DNA from: Auanema rhodensis | Lineage: Eukaryota > Animalia > Nematoda | DNA: 64,000 nucleotides | Assembly (NCBI GenBank): GCA_964057225.1 | Contig: OZ059898.1 | Span: 21,018,001-21,082,000 of the forward strand | Direction: 5' to 3' | In this document: piece by piece, positions 57,201 through 64,000 of the stretch | Layout of the letters: every line of letters starts with the position of its first letter | Position numbering within the stretch: position 1 is the stretch's first letter | The notes under the pieces: model-generated | Databases searched by the model: none | What the model saw: the letters and a program-made list of their open reading frames with translations, nothing else | What the model was told of the DNA's origin: nothing | Position numbers and translations under genes: made by a program

Positions 57201-60200
57201 ATAAAGAGATGCGGTTTTCAAAATTAGATTCATCATGTCCATATTAGTCTAAAAACAAATTTTTATTGATATTGGTGCATGGTAACCATGACTTTGAAAT
57301 TTACGTGAACTTTAATTTATGCTTATTAAATGTACACGTGATGTGCACTTGGTATTTAACTCGCTTCACGTGAAAGATAAAGAGATGCGGTTTTCAAAAT
57401 TAGATTCCCCATGTCCATATTAGTCTAAAAACAAATTTTTATTGATATTGGTTCATGGTAACCATGACTTTGAAATTTACGTGAACTTTAATTTATGCTA
57501 ATTAAAAGTACACGTGATGTGCACTTGGTATGTAACTCGCTTCACGTGAAAGATAAAGAGATACGGTTTTCAAAATTAGATTCCCCATGTCCATATTAGT
57601 CTAAAAACATATTTTCATTGATATTGGTTCATGGTAACCATGACTTTGAAATTTACGTGAACTTTAATTTATGCTAATTAAATGTACACGTGATGTGCAC
57701 TTGGTATGTAACTCGCTTCACGTGAAAGATAAAGAGATGCGGTTTTCAAAATTAGATTCCCCATGTCCATATTAGTCTAAAAACAAATTTTTATTGATAT
57801 TGGTGCATGGTAACCATGACTTTGAAATTTACGTGAACTTTGATTTATGCTAATTAAATGTACATGTGATGTGCACTTGGTATGTAACTCGCTTCACGTG
57901 AAAGATAAAGAGATGAGGTTTTCAAAATAAGATTCCCCATGTCCATATTAGTCTAAAAACAAATTTTTATTGATATTGGTGCATGGTAACCATGACTTTG
58001 AAATTTACGTGAACTTTAATTTATGCTAATTAAATGTACACGTGATGTGCACTTGGTATGTAACTTGCTTCACGTGAAAGATAAAGAGAAGCGGTTTTCG
58101 AAATTAGATTCCCCATGTCCATATTAGTCTAAAAACAATTTTTTATTGATATTGGTGCATGGTAACCATGACTTTGAAATTTACGTGAACTTTAATTCAT
58201 GCTAATTAAATGTACACGTGATGTGCACTTGGTATGTAACTCGCTTCACGTGAAAGATAAAGAGATGCGGTTTTCAAAATTAGATTCCGCATGTCCATAT
58301 TAGTCTAAAAACAAATTTTTATTGATATTGGTGCATGGTAACCATGACTTTGAAATTTACGTGAACTTTAATTTATGCTAATTAAATGTACACGTGATGT
58401 GCACTTGGTATGTAACTCGCTTCACGTGAAAGATAAAGAGATGCGGTTTTCAAAATTAGATTCCTCTTGTCCATATTAGTCTAAAAACAAATTTTTATTG
58501 ATATTGGTTCATGGTAACCATGACTTTGAAATTTACGTGAACTTTAATTTATGCTAATTAAATGTACACGTGATGTGCACTTGGTATGTAACTCGCTTCA
58601 CGTGAAAGATAAAGAGATGCTGTTTTCAAAATTAGATTCCTCATGTCCATATTAGTCTAAAAACAAATTTTTATTGATATTGGTTCATGGTAACCATGAC
58701 TTTGAAATTTACGTGAACTTTGATTTATGCTAATTAAATGTACACGTGATGTGCACTTGGTATGTAACTCGCTTCACGTGAAAGATAAAGAGATGCGGTT
58801 TTCAAAATAAGATTCCCCATGTCCATATTAGTCTAAAAACAATTTTTTATTGATATTGGTGCATGGTAACCATGACTTTGAAATTTACGTGAACTTTAAT
58901 TCATGCTAATTAAATGTACACGTGATGTGCACTTGGTATGTAACTCGCTTCACGTGAAAGATAAAGAGATGCGGTTTTCAAAATTTGATTCCCCATGTCC
59001 ATATTAGTCTAAAAACAAATTTTCATTGATATTGGTTCATGGTAACCATGACTTTGAAATTTACGTGAACTTTAATTTATGCTAATTAAATGTACACGTG
59101 ATGTGCACTTGGTATGTAACTCGCTTCACGTGAAAGATAAAGAGATGCGGTTTCCAAAATTAGATTCATCATGTCCATATTAGTCTAAAAACAAATTTTT
59201 ATTGATATTGGTTCATGGTAACCATGACTTTGAAATTTACGTGAACTTTAATTTATGCTAATTAATTGTACACGTGATGTGCACTTGGTATGTAACTCGC
59301 TTCACGTGAAAGATAAAGAGATGCGGTTTTCAAAATTAGATTCCCCATGTCCATATTAGTCTAAAAACAAATTTTTATTGATATTGGTTCATGGTAACCA
59401 TGACTTTGAAATTTACGTGAACTTTGATTTATGCTAATTAAATGTACACGTGATGTGCACTTGGTATGGAACTCGCTTCACGTGAAAGATAAAGAGATGA
59501 GGTTTTCAAAATAAGATTCCCCATGTCCATATTAGTCTAAAAACAAATTTTTATTGATATTGGTGCATGGTAACCATGACTTTGAAATTTACGTGAACTT
59601 TAATTTATGCTAATTAAATGTACACATGATGTGCACTTGGTATGTAACTTGCTTCACGTGAAAGATAAAGAGATGCGGTTTTCGAAATTAGATTTCCCAT
59701 GTCCATATTAGTCTAAAAACAATTTTTTATTGATAATGGTGCATGGTAACCATGACTTTGAAATTTACGTGAACTTTAATTCATGCTAATTAAATGTACA
59801 CGTGATGTGCACTTGGTATGTAACTCGCTTCACGTGAAAGATAAAGAGATGCGGTTTTCAAAATTAGATTCCCCATGTCCATATTAGTCTAAAAACAAAT
59901 TTTTATTGATATTGGTGCATGGTAACCATGACTTTGAAATTTACGTGAACTTTAATTTATGCTAATTAAATGTACACGTGATGTGCACTTGGTATGTAAC
60001 TCGCTTCACGTGAAAGATAAAGAGATGCGGTTTTCAAAATTAGATTCCCCATGTCCATATTAGTCTAAAAACAATTTTTTATTGATATTGGTGCATGGTA
60101 ACCATGACTTTGAAATTTACGTGAACTTTAATTTATGCTAATTAAATGTACACGTGATGTGCACTTGGTATGTAACTCGCTTCACGTGAAAGATAAAGAG

Positions 60201-63200
60201 ATGCGGTTTTCAAAATTAGATTCATCATGTCCATATTAGTCTAAAAACAAATTTTTATTGATATTGGTGCATGGTAACCATGACTTTGAAATTTACGTGA
60301 ACTTTAATTTATGCTAATTAAATGTACACGTGATGTGCACTTGGTATGTAACTCGCTTCACGTGAAAGATAAAGAGATGCGGTTTTCAAAATTTGATTCC
60401 CCATGTCCATATTAGTCTGAAAACAAATTTTCATTGATATTGGTTCATGGTAACCATGACTTTGAAATTTACGTGAACTTTAATTTATGCTAATTAAATG
60501 TACACGTGATGTGCACTTGGTATGTAACTCGCTTCACGTGAAAGATAAAGAGATGCGGTTTTCAAAATTAGATTCATCATGTCCATATTAGTCTAAAAAC
60601 AAATTTTTATTGATATTGGTGCATGGTAACCATGACTTTGAAATTTACGTGAACTTTAATTTATGCTTATTAAATGTACACGTGATGTGCAATTGGTATG
60701 TAACTCGCTTCACGTGAAAGATAAAGAGATGCGGTTTTCAAAAATAGATTCCCCATGTACATATTAGTCTAAAAACAAATTTTTATTGATATTGGTTCAT
60801 GGTAACCATGACTTTGAAATTAACGTGAACTTTAATTTATGCTAATTAAATGTACACGTGATGTGCACTTGGTATGTAACTCGCTTCACGTGAAAGATAA
60901 AGAGATACGGTTTTCAAAATTAGATTCCCCATGTCCATATTAGTCTAAAAACAAATTTTTATTGATATTGGTGCATGGTAACCATGACTTTGAAATTTAC
61001 GTGAACTTTAATTTATGCTAATTAAATGTACACGTGATGTGCACTTGGTATGTAACTCGCTTCACGTGAAAGATAAAGAGATGCGGTTTTCAAAATTTGA
61101 TTCCCCATGTCCATATTAGTCTAAAAACAAATTTTCATTGATATTGGTTCATGGTAACCATGACTTTGAAATTTACGTGAACTTTAATTTATGCTAATTA
61201 AATGTACACGTGATGTGCACTTGGTATGTAACTCGCTTCACGTGAAAGATAAAGAGATGCGGTTTTCAAAATTAGATTCCCCATGTCCATATTAGTCTAA
61301 AAACAAATTTTTATCGATATTGGTGCATGGTAACCATGACTTTGAAATTTACGTGAACTTTAATTCATGCTAATTAAATGTACACGTGATGTGCACTTGG
61401 TATGTAACTCGCTTCACGTGAAAGATAAAGAGATGCGGTTTTCAAAATTTGATTCCCCATGTCCATATTAGTCTAAAAACAAATTTTCATTGATATTGGT
61501 TCATGGTAACCATGACTTTGAAATTTACGTGAACTTTAATTTATGCTAATTAAATGTACACGTGATGTGCACTTGGTATGTAACTCGCTTCACGTGAAAG
61601 ATAAAGAGATGCAGTTTTCAAAATTAGATTCATCATGTCCATATTAGTCTAAAAACAAATTTTTATTGATATTGGTGCATGGTAACCATGACTTTGAAAT
61701 TTACGTGAACTTTAATTTATGCTTATTAAATGTACACGTGATGTGCACTTGGTATGTAACTCGCTTCACGTGAAAGATAAAGAGATGCGGTTTTCAAAAT
61801 TTGATTCCCCATGTCCATATTAGTCTAAAAACAAATTTTCATTGATATTGGTTCATGGTAACCATGACTTTGAAATTAACGTGAACTTTAATTTATGCTA
61901 ATTAAATGTACACGTGATGTGCACTTGGTATGTAACTCGCTTCACGTGAAAGATAAAGAGATACGGTTTTCAAAATTAGATTCCCCATGTCCATATTAGT
62001 CTAAAAACAAATTTTTATTGATATTGGTGCATGGTAACCATGACTTTGAAATTTACGTGAACTTTAATTTATGCTAATTAAATGTACACGTGATGTGCAC
62101 TTGGTATGTAACTCGCTTCACGTGAAAGATAAAGAGATGCGGTTTTCAAAATTAGATTCCCCATGTCCATATTAGTCTAAAAACAAATTTTTATTGATAT
62201 TGGTGCATGGTAACCATGACTTTGAAATTTACGTGAACTTTAATTTATGCTAATTAAATGTACACGTGATGTGCACTTGGTATGTAACTCGCTTCACGTG
62301 AAAGATAAAGAGATGCGGTTTTCGAAATTAGATTCATCATGTCCATATTAGTCTAAAAACAAATTTTTATTGATATTGGTGCATGGTAACCATGACTTTG
62401 AAATTTACGTGAACTTTAATTTATGCTTATTAAATGTACACGTGATGTGCACTTGGTATGTAACTCGCTTCACGTGAAAGATAAAGAGATGCGGTTTCCA
62501 AAATTAGATTCCCCATGTACATATTAGTCTAAAAACAAATTTTTATTGATATTGGTTCATGGTAACCATGACTTTGAAATTTACGTGAACTTTAATTTAT
62601 GCTAATTAAATGTACACGTGATGTGCACTTGGTATGTAACTCGCTGCACGTGAAAGATAAAGAGATGCGGTTTTCAAAATTAGATTCCCCATGTCCATAT
62701 TAGTCTAAAAACAAATTTTTATTGATTTTGGTGCATGGTAACCATGACTTTGAAATTTACGTGAACTTTAATTTATGCTAATTAAATGTACACGTGATGT
62801 GCACTTGGTATGTAACTCGCTTCACGTAAAAGATAAAGAGATGCGGTTTTCAAAGTTAGATTCCCCATGTCCATATTAGTCTAAAAACAAATTTTTATTG
62901 ATATTGGTTCATGGTAACCATGACTTTGAAATTTACGTGAACTTTAATTTATGCTAATTAAATGTACACGTGATGTGCAATTGGTATGTAACTCGCTTCA
63001 CGTGAAAGATAAAGAGATGCGGTTTTCAAAATTAGATTCCCCATGTCCATATTAGTCTAAAAACAAATTTTTATTGATATTGGTGCATGGTAACCATGAC
63101 TTTGAAATTTACGTGAACTTTAATTTATGCTAATTAAATGTACACGTGATGTGCACTTGGTATGTAACTCGCTTCACGTGAAAGATAAAGAGATGCGGTT

Positions 63201-64000
63201 TTCAAAATTAGATTCCCCATGTCCATATTAGTCTAATAACAAATTTTTATTGATATTGGTTCATGGTAACCATGACTTTGAAATTTACGTGAACTTCAAT
63301 TTATGCTAATTAAATGTACACGTGATGTGCACTTGGTATGTAACTCGCTTCACGTGAAAGATAAAGAGATGCGGTTTTCAAAATTAGATTCCCCATGTCC
63401 ATATTAGTCTAAAAACAAATTTTTATTAATATTGGTGCATGGTAACCATGACTTTGAAATTTACGTGAACTTTAATTTATGCTAATTAAATGTACACGTG
63501 ATGTGCACTTGGTATGTAACTCGCTTCACGTGAAAGATAAAGAGATGCGGTTTTCAAAATTTGATTCCCCATGTCCATATTAGTCTAAAAACAATTTTTT
63601 ATTGATATTGGTGCATGGTAACCATGACTTTGAAATTTACGTGAACTTTAATTTATGCTAATTAAATGTACACGTGATGTGCACTTGGTATGTAACTCGC
63701 TTCACGTGAAAGATAAAGAGATGCGGTTTTCAAAATTTGATTCCCCATGTCCATATTAGTCTAAAAACAATTTTTTATTGATATTGGTGCATGGTAACCA
63801 TGACTTTGAAATTTACGTGAACTTTAATTTATGCTAATTAAATGTACACGTGATGTGCACTTGGTATGTAACTCGCTTCACGTGAAAGATAAAGAGATGC
63901 GGTTTTCAAAATTAGATTCATCATGTCCATATTAGTCTAAAAACAAATTTTCATTGATATTGGTTCATGGTAACCATGACTTTGAAATTTACGTGAACTT
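51212..64000. repeat. Divergent satellite subfamily domain (B)
   Basis: Dense set of variants that are largely absent from 1-51 kb outside the 23-25 kb island: A35T (with or without a 1-bp deletion) with T73C, C41A+C42T, A133T, T140A, G20A, A123G, C21A+T34A, C171T, A29G, A68T and T127C. Confidence 0.9.
52970..61063. repeat. Tandem duplication of a 23-monomer block (period 4047 bp)
   Basis: Markers recur at +4047 (23x176-1): deletion monomers 52970/57017, C21A 53869/57916, C42G 54242/58289, A60G 56372/60419 and C157A 56645/60692. Confidence 0.93.

Larger units (their letters stand above)
1..64000. repeat. Tandem satellite array, 176-bp monomer, 363 full copies plus a 121-bp partial copy; extends beyond both window edges; probably centromeric or pericentromeric
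   Basis: Monomer starts fall at 1, 177, 353, 529 and so on. The last start is at 63880 = 363x176+1-9, exactly accounted for by nine 1-bp deletions (~9219, ~9922, ~12209, ~12912, ~23259, ~51242, ~51945, ~53000, ~57047). Consensus has 57/176 G+C. Copies differ from consensus by roughly 0-6 substitutions. The centromeric role is an inference from nucleosome-sized unit length and homogeneity. Confidence 0.99.

Noticed and set aside
1-64000. Protein-coding or repeat-protein ORF
   Set aside because: The monomer length is not a multiple of 3 and every monomer has stop codons in all six frames (plus strand for example TGA 4, TAA 11, TAG 54; minus strand from TCA 27, TTA 53, CTA 58).
1-64000. CRISPR array or other repeat-spacer system
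   Set aside because: Palindromic motifs are present, but the sequence between them is the same in every unit. There are no unique spacers, leader or cas genes.
1-64000. Transposon insertion, inversion or strand switch within the array
   Set aside because: The 176-bp register is kept from end to end apart from nine 1-bp deletions, which leaves no room for an insertion; all monomers have the same orientation.
1-64000. Variant order acting as an information-bearing code
   Set aside because: The patterns are adequately explained by nested tandem duplication and conversion; nothing in the sequence indicates a readout mechanism.

Overview
The whole 64,000-bp window is one uninterrupted head-to-tail satellite DNA array: 363 full copies plus a 121-bp partial copy of a 176-bp, ~32% GC monomer (consensus ACGTGAAAGATAAAGAGATGCGGTTTTCAAAATTAGATTCCCCATGTCCATATTAGTCTAAAAACAAATTTTTATTGATATTGGT[G/T]CATGGTAACCATGACTTTGAAATTTACGTGAACTTTAATTTATGCTAATTAAATGTACACGTGATGTGCACTTGGTATGTAACTCGCTTC). 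All copies have the same orientation. I found no genes, RNA genes, CRISPR spacers, transposon insertions or unique sequence. Monomer length, AT-richness and homogeneity are typical of a eukaryotic centromeric or pericentromeric satellite, but I cannot identify the species or family. The interesting content is structural. (1) Each monomer has two parts: an 84-bp degenerate fold-back (monomer positions 25-108) and a region with three ACGTGA cores spaced 32-33 bp apart. (2) A dyad at positions 87-110 looks invariant and sits next to a common G/T polymorphism. (3) Diagnostic variants record a layered history of variable-length higher-order duplications (4-, 5-, 6-, 7-, 9-, 10-, 11-, 15-, 17- and 23-mers), two sequence subfamilies, and a copy of the subfamily boundary ~28 kb away. 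Variants are named by monomer position, where position 1 is the A of ACGTGAAAG. They were read by eye, so counts may miss singletons. I do not see a novel protein-coding system here.
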